64,000 bases of DNA from an uncultured Candidatus Binatia bacterium. GTDB taxonomy: Bacteria; Desulfobacterota; Binatia; Bin18. The DNA lies in the NCBI GenBank assembly GCA_965200965.1, contig OZ241744.1:1632001-1696000 (forward strand), read 5' to 3'. Made by a program: the position numbers and the translations under genes. The notes beneath the pieces are model-generated. The model made no database searches and was not told the DNA's origin. It was given only the letters and a program-made list of their open reading frames with translations. Of this stretch, positions 48,654-57,411 are shown one piece after another (position 1 is the stretch's first letter; each line of letters starts with the position of its first letter).

Positions 48654-49208
48654 ATGTCCGTGTCTCCCCGCCGGCCGATTGTCGGCGTCATGGGCTCCGG
48701 CGTCCAGCCCCACACCGAACGGGCCAGCCAAGTCGGCGCATGGCTGGCCCGGGCCGGCGTCCACCTGCTGACCGGCGGCGGCCACGGCGTGATGCACAGC
48801 GTCAGCCAGGCGTTCGCCCAGACCACCAGCCGTAGAGGGCTGGTCATCGGCATTATCCCCAGTGCCGCCCACGACCCCGCATCCAGCCCCAAAGCCGGTT
48901 ATCCCAACCCCTGGGTTGAGATTCCGATTTATACCCATTTGGTGCTGAGCGGTGAGCGCGGCACCGAGCCGCTGTCCCGCAACCATATCAATATCCTGAG
49001 TTCCGATGTGTTGATCGCCCTGCCCGGCGGGCCGGGCACGGCCAGCGAGGTGGCCCTGGCCCTCCGCTACGGCCGACCACTGGTTGCCTACCTTGACGCG
49101 CCCACCGACATTGCCGGCCTGCCGGCCCAAGCCGTGGTTGAGGGCGACTTTGCCACGGTACAAGCCTTTGTCCGCTGCCACTTGTCTCCTGGCCGGGCCT
49201 GGCCTTGA
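48654..49208 (+). CDS. LOG/SLOG-family (molybdenum-cofactor-carrier-like) protein
   Basis: VGVMGSG, LTGGG.GVM, SRNHIN, LPGGPGTASE. Confidence 0.85.
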   Translation: MSVSPRRPIVGVMGSGVQPHTERASQVGAWLARAGVHLLTGGGHGVMHSVSQAFAQTTSRRGLVIGIIPSAAHDPASSPKAGYPNPWVEIPIYTHLVLSGERGTEPLSRNHINILSSDVLIALPGGPGTASEVALALRYGRPLVAYLDAPTDIAGLPAQAVVEGDFATVQAFVRCHLSPGRAWP

Positions 49209-49330
49209 GTCGCCAGGGAGCGGCGTCTGAGCGATGGGCACCCGGGCCGATGCGGCGCTCCCCCCACCCGCGGCCGGGCGCAGGGTCAAGCGGGGCGGAC
49301 GCCGGGTGAAGGGTATGCTAGACACACGCT

Positions 49331-50833
49331 ATGGGCGCACGGGCCATCATGGTTCAGGGAACCGGGTCGGATGTCGGAAAGTCTGTTATTGTGGCGGGGC
49401 TGTGTCGGCTGGCCAAGCGGCGCGGGATGCGTGTTGCCCCGTTCAAGCCCCAGAACATGTCCAACAATGCCGCGGCCTGCGCCACCGGCGGGGAGATTGG
49501 CCGGGCACAGGCCGTGCAGGCCCGGGCCGCGGGACTGGCCCCGCACCCCGACTTCAACCCGGTGCTGTTGAAACCCCAGACCGACCGGGGCGCGCAGCTC
49601 GTGGTCCATGGCCGGGCGGTTGGAGTGCTGGAGGCCAGGGACTACCCGGCCGGCCGTGCCCGCCTGATGGAAGCGGTCATGCAGAGCTTCGGCCGGCTCC
49701 TTGCCGCCCATGAACTTGTCATTGTTGAGGGGGCCGGCAGCCCGGCCGAGGTCAATCTGCGGGCCGGCGACATTGCCAATATGGGCTTTGCCCGGCACGC
49801 CGACATCCCGGTGTGTCTTGTCGGCGACATTGACCGCGGGGGCGTCATTGCCGCCCTGGTGGGGACGCAGACCGTGCTTGACCCCGAGGACAGCCGGCTG
49901 ATCGTCGGCTTTGTGGTCAACAAGTTTCGGGGAGAACCGGCCTTGTTTGAGGCCGGCATCTCGGTCATTGAGCGTCGCACCGGCTGGCCGTGCTTTGGCC
50001 TGATCCCCTGGCTACCGGCCGCAACCCGCCTGCCGGCCGAAGATGCGGTGTTGCTCTCTCAGCCGCGCATCGAGCGCGCCGGCCGGGTGCGCATTGCCGC
50101 TCCGATGCTGTCCCGCCTAGCCAACTTTGACGACGCCGACCCGCTGCGGCTGGAGCCGCAGGTGGACTTTGCCTTTGTGCCACCCGCTCAGCCGCTTCCG
50201 CGCGATGCGGACGTCGTCATCCTGTTCGGCACCAAATCAACCCTGGGTGACCTGGCCTTCCTGCGCGCCCAGGGCTGGGACCATGACATTATTGCCCACA
50301 GTCGCCAGCGCGGCCAAGTGCTAGGGGTGTGCGGCGGCTTCCAGATGCTGGGCCGGCGTGTCCACGATCCCTCGGGCGCAGACGGGCCGAGCGGCTCGGT
50401 TGACGGGCTGGGTCTGCTTGAGCTTGAGACCACCATGCTCGGCCATAAAACCGTTCGCGTCGCCCGGGGACGCTGCGCCCTCAGCGGCGCGCCAGTCAGC
50501 GGCTACGAGATTCACACCGGCCAGTCGCATGGGCGCGCGCTCAGCCGGCCCATGTTCCGGCTAACGACGGGCGTTGAGGGCGCGCGCGCTCAGGGCGGGC
50601 GTATTGAGGGCACCTATCTGCACGGCCTGTTTGCCAACGATGCCTATCGGCGGGCCTGGCTGGAGCGCATCCGGGCCAATGCCGCCTCAGCGCTGGCCTA
50701 CGAGTCGCAGCTTGAGCACACCCTGGACGAGCTGGCCGACAGCCTGGCCAGTACGGTGGATACCGAGGCCGTGTTTGCCGCCGCCCGACACCCCGGTTCG
50801 TTGCCGGACAGCGAGGCTGCCATACAGGCTTGA
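49331..50833 (+). CDS. cobQ: Cobyric acid synthase
   Basis: QGTGSDVGKS, PFKPQNMSNN, EGAGSPAEVNL, GVCGGFQMLG, GYEIH, GTYLHG. Confidence 0.95.
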   Translation: MGARAIMVQGTGSDVGKSVIVAGLCRLAKRRGMRVAPFKPQNMSNNAAACATGGEIGRAQAVQARAAGLAPHPDFNPVLLKPQTDRGAQLVVHGRAVGVLEARDYPAGRARLMEAVMQSFGRLLAAHELVIVEGAGSPAEVNLRAGDIANMGFARHADIPVCLVGDIDRGGVIAALVGTQTVLDPEDSRLIVGFVVNKFRGEPALFEAGISVIERRTGWPCFGLIPWLPAATRLPAEDAVLLSQPRIERAGRVRIAAPMLSRLANFDDADPLRLEPQVDFAFVPPAQPLPRDADVVILFGTKSTLGDLAFLRAQGWDHDIIAHSRQRGQVLGVCGGFQMLGRRVHDPSGADGPSGSVDGLGLLELETTMLGHKTVRVARGRCALSGAPVSGYEIHTGQSHGRALSRPMFRLTTGVEGARAQGGRIEGTYLHGLFANDAYRRAWLERIRANAASALAYESQLEHTLDELADSLASTVDTEAVFAAARHPGSLPDSEAAIQA

Positions 50834-50858
50834 TGCAGCGCCTCAGGAGACTTAGAAT
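50830..50858 (+). promoter_or_regulatory. Putative sigma70 promoter of ftsH
   Basis: TTGATG-N17-TAGAAT, ending 6 nt before the ftsH ATG. Confidence 0.5.
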
Positions 50859-50864
50859 TGCCCT

Positions 50865-52727
50865 ATGAAAAAAATGGACCGGAAGATTCGTTTTAATATC
50901 TGGTATGTATTCATCGCCCTGTGGGGGGTGATCCTGCTGCATAATCTGTGGCTCCAGGCCACCCAGATTGAACAGATTCCCTACAGCCAGTTCCAGGCCT
51001 ATCTCGACGAGGACCTGATCGAAGAGATCCGCGTCAGTAATAACTATATTCAGGGGACGCTGAAGCGTCCCCTGGAAGGCCAGCCCCGACAGTTTGTGAC
51101 AATTCGGGTTGAACCCGAGCTGGTCGACAAGCTGACCACCAACGGGGTCCGGTTTGCCGGCGAAATCGAGACCACCTTCCTGCGGGACTTCCTGTCGTGG
51201 ATTATCCCGGTGCTGCTCTTTGTCGGCATCTGGCTATTCGTGATGCGCCGGTTTACCCAAAAGCAGGGGCTGGGCGGCGGCTTTCTGTCGATCGGCAAGA
51301 GCAAAGCCAAGGTCTACATGGAGCAGGATGTCAAAGTCACCTTTAACGATGTGGCCGGGGTGGACGAGGCCAAGACCGAACTCCAGGAGGTCATCGCCTT
51401 TCTCAAGACCCCCGAAAAATTCGCCCGGCTGGGCGGCAAAATCCCCAAGGGCATCCTGCTCGTCGGCCCACCGGGTACGGGTAAGACCCTGCTGGCCAAA
51501 GCCGTGGCCGGTGAGGCCGGCGTGCCGTTCTTCTCCATCAGCGGCTCGGAGTTTGTGGAAATGTTTGTCGGGGTGGGGGCGGCCCGGGTGCGTGACCTGT
51601 TTGTTCAGGCCAAAGAGAAGGCACCGTGTATTATTTTTGTGGATGAGTTGGACGCCCTGGGCAAAGCCCGGGGAGTCGGCCCGGTGTCCCACGAAGAGCG
51701 CGAGCAGACCTTGAACCAACTCCTGGTCGAGATGGACGGCTTTGACCAGCGCACCGGGGTGATCCTGATGGCGGCGACCAACCGGCCAGAGATTCTGGAC
51801 CAAGCCCTGCTGCGGGCCGGCCGCTTTGACCGCCATGTGGTGGTTGACCGGCCGGATAAGATCGGCCGGCGGGACATTCTCAAGGTCCATGCCCGTCAGG
51901 TGCAGCTTGACCCGGACGCTGACCTGGAAGTTGTGGCGGCCATGACCCCCGGCTTTGCCGGGGCCGACCTAGCCAACATCATCAACGAAGCCGCGCTGTT
52001 GGCGGTCCGCATGGGCAAGGACTCGGTCGGCCTGCCCGAACTCCAGGAAGCGGTCGAGCGGGTGGTTGCCGGCCTGGAGAAAAAGAACCGGGTACTCAAC
52101 AAGGCCGAAAAAGAGCGGGTGGCCCATCACGAGATCGGTCACGCCCTCGTCTCGCTATCGCTGCCGGGCAGCGACGAGGTCCAGAAAATCTCGATTATTC
52201 CGCGCGGGGTGGCCGCCCTCGGCTATACCCTGCAACTGCCGACCGAAGATCGCTTTGTCATCACTAAGTCCGAGTTGGAGAATAAAATCGCCGTGTACCT
52301 CGGCGGTCGGGTCGCCGAAGAGATCATCTATCAGGAGAGCTCAACCGGCGCGCGGGACGATCTGCTCAAAGCCACCGACATCGCCAAAAACATGATCAAA
52401 GCCTACGGCATGAGCGACCAGCTGGGCCAGATCAGCTTTGATCAAGACCACCAGCCGATATTTCTGCCCGGCGTCCAGAGCCCCGGCCCGAGCGACTACA
52501 GCGAAGAAACCGCCCGGGCGATTGACGCCGAAATCCGGCGCATCATCGACGCCCAGTACGCGCGGGTGACAGAGCTGCTGCGCTCCAAAACCCAGATACT
52601 GAAGAGCGCGGCCCAAGCCCTGCTGGAAAAAGAAACCCTGAGCGGCGAGGAACTGCGGGCGATTGCCTCCCCCGCGGACAGTCCTGACCCCAGCGCGGGC
52701 GGACGCTTGGCCGTCCACCCGTCCTAG
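50865..52727 (+). CDS. ftsH: ATP-dependent zinc metalloprotease FtsH
   Basis: Two TMs, [32 protein letters not shown] and HEIGH. Confidence 0.96.
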   Translation: MKKMDRKIRFNIWYVFIALWGVILLHNLWLQATQIEQIPYSQFQAYLDEDLIEEIRVSNNYIQGTLKRPLEGQPRQFVTIRVEPELVDKLTTNGVRFAGEIETTFLRDFLSWIIPVLLFVGIWLFVMRRFTQKQGLGGGFLSIGKSKAKVYMEQDVKVTFNDVAGVDEAKTELQEVIAFLKTPEKFARLGGKIPKGILLVGPPGTGKTLLAKAVAGEAGVPFFSISGSEFVEMFVGVGAARVRDLFVQAKEKAPCIIFVDELDALGKARGVGPVSHEEREQTLNQLLVEMDGFDQRTGVILMAATNRPEILDQALLRAGRFDRHVVVDRPDKIGRRDILKVHARQVQLDPDADLEVVAAMTPGFAGADLANIINEAALLAVRMGKDSVGLPELQEAVERVVAGLEKKNRVLNKAEKERVAHHEIGHALVSLSLPGSDEVQKISIIPRGVAALGYTLQLPTEDRFVITKSELENKIAVYLGGRVAEEIIYQESSTGARDDLLKATDIAKNMIKAYGMSDQLGQISFDQDHQPIFLPGVQSPGPSDYSEETARAIDAEIRRIIDAQYARVTELLRSKTQILKSAAQALLEKETLSGEELRAIASPADSPDPSAGGRLAVHPS

Positions 52728-53887
52728 GCCCCGGCGGTCAACTCCCGCTCTGAAAACCCGTACAGCCTCAGACAGTTATCCCACATGATCTTGCGCTTGG
52801 ACTCCGTGCTGACCCGGGGGTGCTCCTCGAGAAAGGTACGAATCCCGTTGGGAAAGGGTCCGTCGGCGTGGGGATAATCGACCGACATGACGATGTTATC
52901 ATCACCAATGTGGTCCACCACCAGCCCGAGCAGCTCTTCATCCACATCGGTGCCAATAAAACACTGGCGCTTGAAATACTCGCTGGGCAGGGCCGGCAGC
53001 TTGATCGACTCGCCGCCGCCGTATTTTTTCCACTGATCGTCCAGCCGGTTCAGCCACCACGGCAGCCAGCCGCAGTTGCCCTCCAGAAAACCGACCCGCA
53101 GGGCGGGAAACCGCTCCAGCACCCCGCCGGCGGTCATCGCCCCAAGTGCCAGCATCAGTTCCAGTGGAAAGGCCGACGAATGGTTGAGGGTCCGAAAGTT
53201 GGGATGGCCCCGAAACCGATTGCTGGCGTAGTCTTTTGAGGCCCCGCCGCTGGTGCCGTGAAAGGCCAGCGGAACGTTCAGCCGGCAGACCTCCCGCCAC
53301 AGCACATCACACTCCGGGGCGTTGAAATAGCGGCCGTTGACCGGCATGGGCAGCAGGATCACGCCCACATGGCCCTTGTGCTCAACCGCCCGCTGGGCCT
53401 CCGCGGCGGCCAACTCCGGGTCGTGGAGGGACACAATGGCGGCCGGCTTGAGGCGGCGGAGGTCGGCCCGGCAATAATCGGCCAGCCAGTCGTTAAAAGC
53501 TGTGCAGCAGGCCACGGCGTACTCCGGCTCGAGGGCGTCAATCGACACCACCATATGGGCAAAGGTCCGGTATACCACCCCGATATCAATGCCTTCGGCG
53601 TCCATCGCCTCCAGGGTCGTGCTGGCCTCGTACTTGCGCTCGCGCACCGGCCGGTACAGCGCTTCGGTCGGCGCGTCAAGAAACTTCTGCGGGCCGATCA
53701 CCTCCTCGGAGCGCGCCCAGGGCGGGATCAGCTGGCCCCGGACCTGCCAATGGGGGAAATTGGTCGGGCTCCAGCCCAGATACTGAGGCCGCTGGTCACG
53801 GTATTTTTCAGCAAAGTAGTTCTCGTACACCTCGCCCGTTTCAATCACATGCAGATCGCTGTCAATCACCCGGAAGCCCTCTTTCAT
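52724..53887 (-). CDS. Amidohydrolase_2-family protein
   Basis: VIDSDLHV, AFNDWL, LAFHG, GFLEGNCGW, DYPHADG. Confidence 0.9.
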   Translation of the reverse strand: MKEGFRVIDSDLHVIETGEVYENYFAEKYRDQRPQYLGWSPTNFPHWQVRGQLIPPWARSEEVIGPQKFLDAPTEALYRPVRERKYEASTTLEAMDAEGIDIGVVYRTFAHMVVSIDALEPEYAVACCTAFNDWLADYCRADLRRLKPAAIVSLHDPELAAAEAQRAVEHKGHVGVILLPMPVNGRYFNAPECDVLWREVCRLNVPLAFHGTSGGASKDYASNRFRGHPNFRTLNHSSAFPLELMLALGAMTAGGVLERFPALRVGFLEGNCGWLPWWLNRLDDQWKKYGGGESIKLPALPSEYFKRQCFIGTDVDEELLGLVVDHIGDDNIVMSVDYPHADGPFPNGIRTFLEEHPRVSTESKRKIMWDNCLRLYGFSERELTAGA

Positions 53888-54067
53888 GGTCGCATCCTTT
53901 CCGCCCTTCTCTCGATTGCTCAAGTCTAGCACTTCCGGCCGGCCGGCAGTAGGGGCGTTGCCAGATGCCTATCGCCCGGGGTAGTGTTCGGGCGGGGTGG
54001 ACGCTGATGCCCGCTTCGTCAAGAAAAACTCAGCGCCCCCCCCTGAGCAGAGAGGAGGAGGCCAGCC

Positions 54068-55279
54068 ATGTTTCTGATGCGGTTTACCGAGCGCGCCTAT
54101 GTGGCCTACACCGAAGAGGATGTACGCAGCAGCTTTCGCAGTTCCGTGCGTCTCACGTTTCCCAACTCCCATTTCAAGCCCGGCCTTGGCGCGGATATGT
54201 ACAACGAGTATCTTGACGAGTACGAGTATGCGGACGAGATCGGCTTTGACGGCCTGATGCTCAACGAGCACCACAACACCCCAACCTGCCTCGGGGCGGC
54301 TATGAACCTGGAGGCCGCCATCCTGGCCCGCACCACCAAACACGCCAAAATTGTGCTGCTGGGCAACCCGCTGCCGATCTTTGACAACCCGATCCGGCTG
54401 GCCGAGGAGCTGGCCGAGATCGACATGATCTCGCGCGGCCGGCTGGTCTCCGGCTTTGTGCGCGGCACCGGCATTGAGAGCTGGGCAACCAACACCAACC
54501 CGGCCTGCAACCGCGAGCGTTTTCAGGAGGCCCACGACCTGATTATCAAGACCTGGACCACGCCCGGCCCGTTTCGCTGGGAGGGCAAACACTATCAGTT
54601 CCGGGTCGTCAATCCCTTTGAGCGTCCACTCCAGGACCCCCACCCGCCGATCTGGATTCCGGGCGTTGGCAGCCCCGAGACCCTGGTGTGGTGCGCCCAG
54701 CATCACTATCCGTACATCTATCTGGAGACCGACCCGCAGGTCACCCTGGATATGATGGAGATTTACAAGCAGGCCGCGGCCGAGGTCGGCTATAGCCCGG
54801 GCCCGCAGCACTTCGGCTATCTGGTGCGGATTCACGTCCAGGACACGGACGAAAAAGCCTACGAGGCCGGGCGGGGCTTTCTGGTCGGCAACGCCGGGGT
54901 CGGGCGGGTACCACTGCCGGGTGATTTCATGGCCCCGCCGGGCTACAACTCGCGCGAGGGCACGCGGCGGCTGATTGAGCAGTACAAGCACGCGCTGCGT
55001 CCAGACCCGCTGTACGGCGGGGTAGACGCCGCTGGCTGGGACAAGGTGGTTGAGAGCAACCGGGTGATTGTCGGCAGCCCGGATACGGTCATCAAAAAGG
55101 TCCGGCAGATGCTGACCGAGGTCCGGCCCGGCATCCTGGGCGTGTGGACCAACGACGGCACAATCAGCCACCAGGACACCATGCGCTGCCTGCAACTGAT
55201 GGAAAAGGATGTGCTGCCGGCGATCAGGGACATGGGCCAGGAGCTTGAGCTGCCCGGTCCGTTTGAGCAAACGCCATAG
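54068..55279 (+). CDS. LLM-class flavin-dependent oxidoreductase (paralogue of 38612-39943)
   Basis: FTER, GFDGLMLNEHH, RLAEELAEIDMISRGRL, QDPHPPIWIPG. Confidence 0.9.
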   Translation: MFLMRFTERAYVAYTEEDVRSSFRSSVRLTFPNSHFKPGLGADMYNEYLDEYEYADEIGFDGLMLNEHHNTPTCLGAAMNLEAAILARTTKHAKIVLLGNPLPIFDNPIRLAEELAEIDMISRGRLVSGFVRGTGIESWATNTNPACNRERFQEAHDLIIKTWTTPGPFRWEGKHYQFRVVNPFERPLQDPHPPIWIPGVGSPETLVWCAQHHYPYIYLETDPQVTLDMMEIYKQAAAEVGYSPGPQHFGYLVRIHVQDTDEKAYEAGRGFLVGNAGVGRVPLPGDFMAPPGYNSREGTRRLIEQYKHALRPDPLYGGVDAAGWDKVVESNRVIVGSPDTVIKKVRQMLTEVRPGILGVWTNDGTISHQDTMRCLQLMEKDVLPAIRDMGQELELPGPFEQTP

Positions 55280-55289
55280 GGAGAACACC

Positions 55290-56078
55290 ATGTCAACACC
55301 ATACCAGGAAGAGTGGGTCGAGGTTGCCGGGGCGAATGTCCAACTCCTGAAAGGCGGACGCGGCGACCCGCTGGTGCTGTTTCACAGTATTGAGGGCAGC
55401 CCGGGCTGGCGGCGCTATCACGCACAGTTGGCCGAGCATTTTACCGTCTACGCGCCGACCCTGCCGGGCTTTGGCGTGTCAGAGCGGCCGGACTGGGTCG
55501 AGAGCTTTTTTGATCTGGCGCGCTTCTCGCTGTGGCTGGTCCAGGAACTGGGGCTGGACAGAGCCGCACTCGGCGGCCAGTTTATAGGCGGCTGGCTGGC
55601 GGCCGAAATGGCGGTCATGAGCCCCGGGCTGATCGACAAGCTGATCCTGGTTGACGCCGCCGGCATCCAGCCCCAGCGGGGAGAGATTGCCGATATTTTT
55701 CTGCACGGCCTGGAGGGCACGCGCCAACTGACATATTTTGCGCCCGAACAGGTGCCCGAATACGAAGAGATGTTCGGCCACAAACCGTCCAAGGAAGAGC
55801 GCGATATCCTGGCCCACAACCAGGAGACGGTCGTGCGCTACTGCTGGAAGCCGTACATGTATGACCGCAGCCTGCCGGCTCTGCTGCCCCGGCTGCGTGC
55901 GCCGACCCTGGTGATCTGGGGCCGTGACGATCGGATTGTGCCGCTGGAGTGCGGCCAGCGCTACCAGCGGGCCATTCCCGGTGCCCGGCTGGAAATCCTG
56001 CCCGAGTGCGGCAACTGCCCGCCCTTGGAAAAGCCCGACGCCTTCAGCAAGCTGGTGTGTGAATTTCTGCGCGCCTGA
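55290..56078 (+). CDS. Alpha/beta-hydrolase-fold protein lacking the canonical catalytic Ser and His
   Basis: Fold motifs are present (PTLPGFG, LILVDAAG, PTLVIWGRDD), but the elbow reads GQFIGG and the His loop reads CGNCP. Confidence 0.85.
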   Translation: MSTPYQEEWVEVAGANVQLLKGGRGDPLVLFHSIEGSPGWRRYHAQLAEHFTVYAPTLPGFGVSERPDWVESFFDLARFSLWLVQELGLDRAALGGQFIGGWLAAEMAVMSPGLIDKLILVDAAGIQPQRGEIADIFLHGLEGTRQLTYFAPEQVPEYEEMFGHKPSKEERDILAHNQETVVRYCWKPYMYDRSLPALLPRLRAPTLVIWGRDDRIVPLECGQRYQRAIPGARLEILPECGNCPPLEKPDAFSKLVCEFLRA

Positions 56079-56099
56079 GCAATACAGGAGAGTTTCCCC

Positions 56100-57029
56100 A
56101 TGCCCCTCCATCCAGAGGTTCAAAAAGCCCTGGCGGTGATGAACGCCACCATTCCGCCCCTGCACACCCTGCCGCCGCCGGAGGCGCGCAAACTCATTGA
56201 AGACATGCGCGGCCCCGCGGCAGAGCCCGAGGCGGTTGGTCGCGTTGAAAACCGCAACATTCCGGGTATAGCCGGCCCCCAGGCGGTACGGCTCTATACC
56301 CCAGAGGGGGACGGGCCGTTTCCCGTGCTGGTCTATTTTCACGGCGGCGGCTGGGTGCTCGGCAGTCCCAACACAGTTGATGCCTCGTGCCGGGCGTTGA
56401 CCAACTTGGCCGGCTGCATCGTTGTCTCGGCCAGCTATCGTCTGGCCCCGGAACACAAGTTCCCGGCCGCTATTGACGACTGTTATGCCGCCACCCGCTG
56501 GGTGGCGCTGAACGCCGCGGCCCTTGGCGGAGACACGGGCCGGCTGGCCGTTGGCGGGGAGAGCGCCGGCGCAAACCTGGCTACCGCGGTGGCCCTCAAA
56601 GCCGGCCAGCAGGGCATCCCCCGGCTGGCTTACCAACTGCTGATGTATCCGGTGCTCAACTACGCCTTTGACACGCCGTCCTACCACGACAAGGCCGAGG
56701 GCTATTTCCTGACCAGGGACATGATGGCTTGGTTCTGGAAGCAATACCTGGCCACCCCGGCCGACGGGCAGAACCCGCTGGCCTCGCCGCTCCGGGCCGC
56801 AGACCTCGGCGACCTCCCGCCGACCTTTATTGCCGCGGCCGAGTTTGACCCGTTGCGGGATGAAGCCGCGGCCTATGCGGCCAAGCTGGGAGAGGCCGGC
56901 GTGGCCGTGCAATACACCTGCTACGAGGGCCTGATCCACGGCTTTATGGGCATGGCCCCCGCGGTCGAACCGGCCAGGATTGCGCTTGAAGAAGCCGGCG
57001 CGACCCTCAAAGCGGCCTTTGCGGCATGA
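56100..57029 (+). CDS. HSL-family esterase/lipase
   Basis: YFHGGGW, YRLAPEH, GESAG, DPLRDE, HGF. Confidence 0.93.
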   Translation: MPLHPEVQKALAVMNATIPPLHTLPPPEARKLIEDMRGPAAEPEAVGRVENRNIPGIAGPQAVRLYTPEGDGPFPVLVYFHGGGWVLGSPNTVDASCRALTNLAGCIVVSASYRLAPEHKFPAAIDDCYAATRWVALNAAALGGDTGRLAVGGESAGANLATAVALKAGQQGIPRLAYQLLMYPVLNYAFDTPSYHDKAEGYFLTRDMMAWFWKQYLATPADGQNPLASPLRAADLGDLPPTFIAAAEFDPLRDEAAAYAAKLGEAGVAVQYTCYEGLIHGFMGMAPAVEPARIALEEAGATLKAAFAA

Positions 57030-57074
57030 GTTGCCGGCGCTGGTTCAGCGGCACGGAGAGTCCGATGAATATTT

Positions 57075-57111
57075 ATTTCAATCCTCACCCAGCCCACAAG
57101 CCGGATGCTGT
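57075..57111 (-). repeat. Divergent terminal CRISPR repeat
   Basis: ATTTCAATCCTCACCCAGCCCACAAGCCGGATGCTGT has the same 37-nt length as the consensus repeat, conserved ends and an altered stem-loop. Confidence 0.8.
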
Positions 57112-57135
57112 TTTTACCCTGGCCCAGAGCGAGCG

Positions 57136-57411
57136 CTAGGGCCAGATAACCCGGTCTTCTTCGGCCAGGAAAGCGACCGAGCTGGCTGTGTCAACAAAGC
57201 GCTTCACATCCTCAAACTGCTCACGCTGGAGTTCGTCAGACGCCCATGCCTGCTCAAACGTGGCCAAATCCGGCCACGATAACTCGGCCACGCCGTCAAA
57301 CGCCGGTGTATCAGTCTCATAGGCTTCGGGGCAGACATGACACTGCACATAGCGGCGCAGACCGGGCGTTCTGGGCACCAGCGGCGCGTGTATATTCCGC
57401 CAATAGTCCTG
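57136..57411 (-). pseudogene. 5'-truncated EthD-family gene fragment
   Basis: Reads QDYWRNIHAPLVPRTPGLRRYVQ...FDGVAELSW...FVD...EDRVIWP*. It abuts the CRISPR repeat, which places an in-frame TGA upstream, and the N-terminus is missing. Confidence 0.8.

Noticed and set aside
49209-49330. Cobalamin riboswitch upstream of cobQ or the TonB receptors
   Set aside because: No recognisable B12-box or conserved core was seen, and the intergenic regions are short. An Rfam scan would be needed.
55479-56939. Long antisense ORFs (486 aa here; also 7979-9199, 26400-27683, 53969-55291 and 20590-21687)
   Set aside because: They are shadow frames of well-supported genes on the opposite strand, expected at high GC, and show no recognisable motifs.
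56100-57411. cas genes or a novel effector next to the array
   Set aside because: The flanking genes are ordinary metabolic enzymes. This is the trailer side, so any cas genes would be outside the window.
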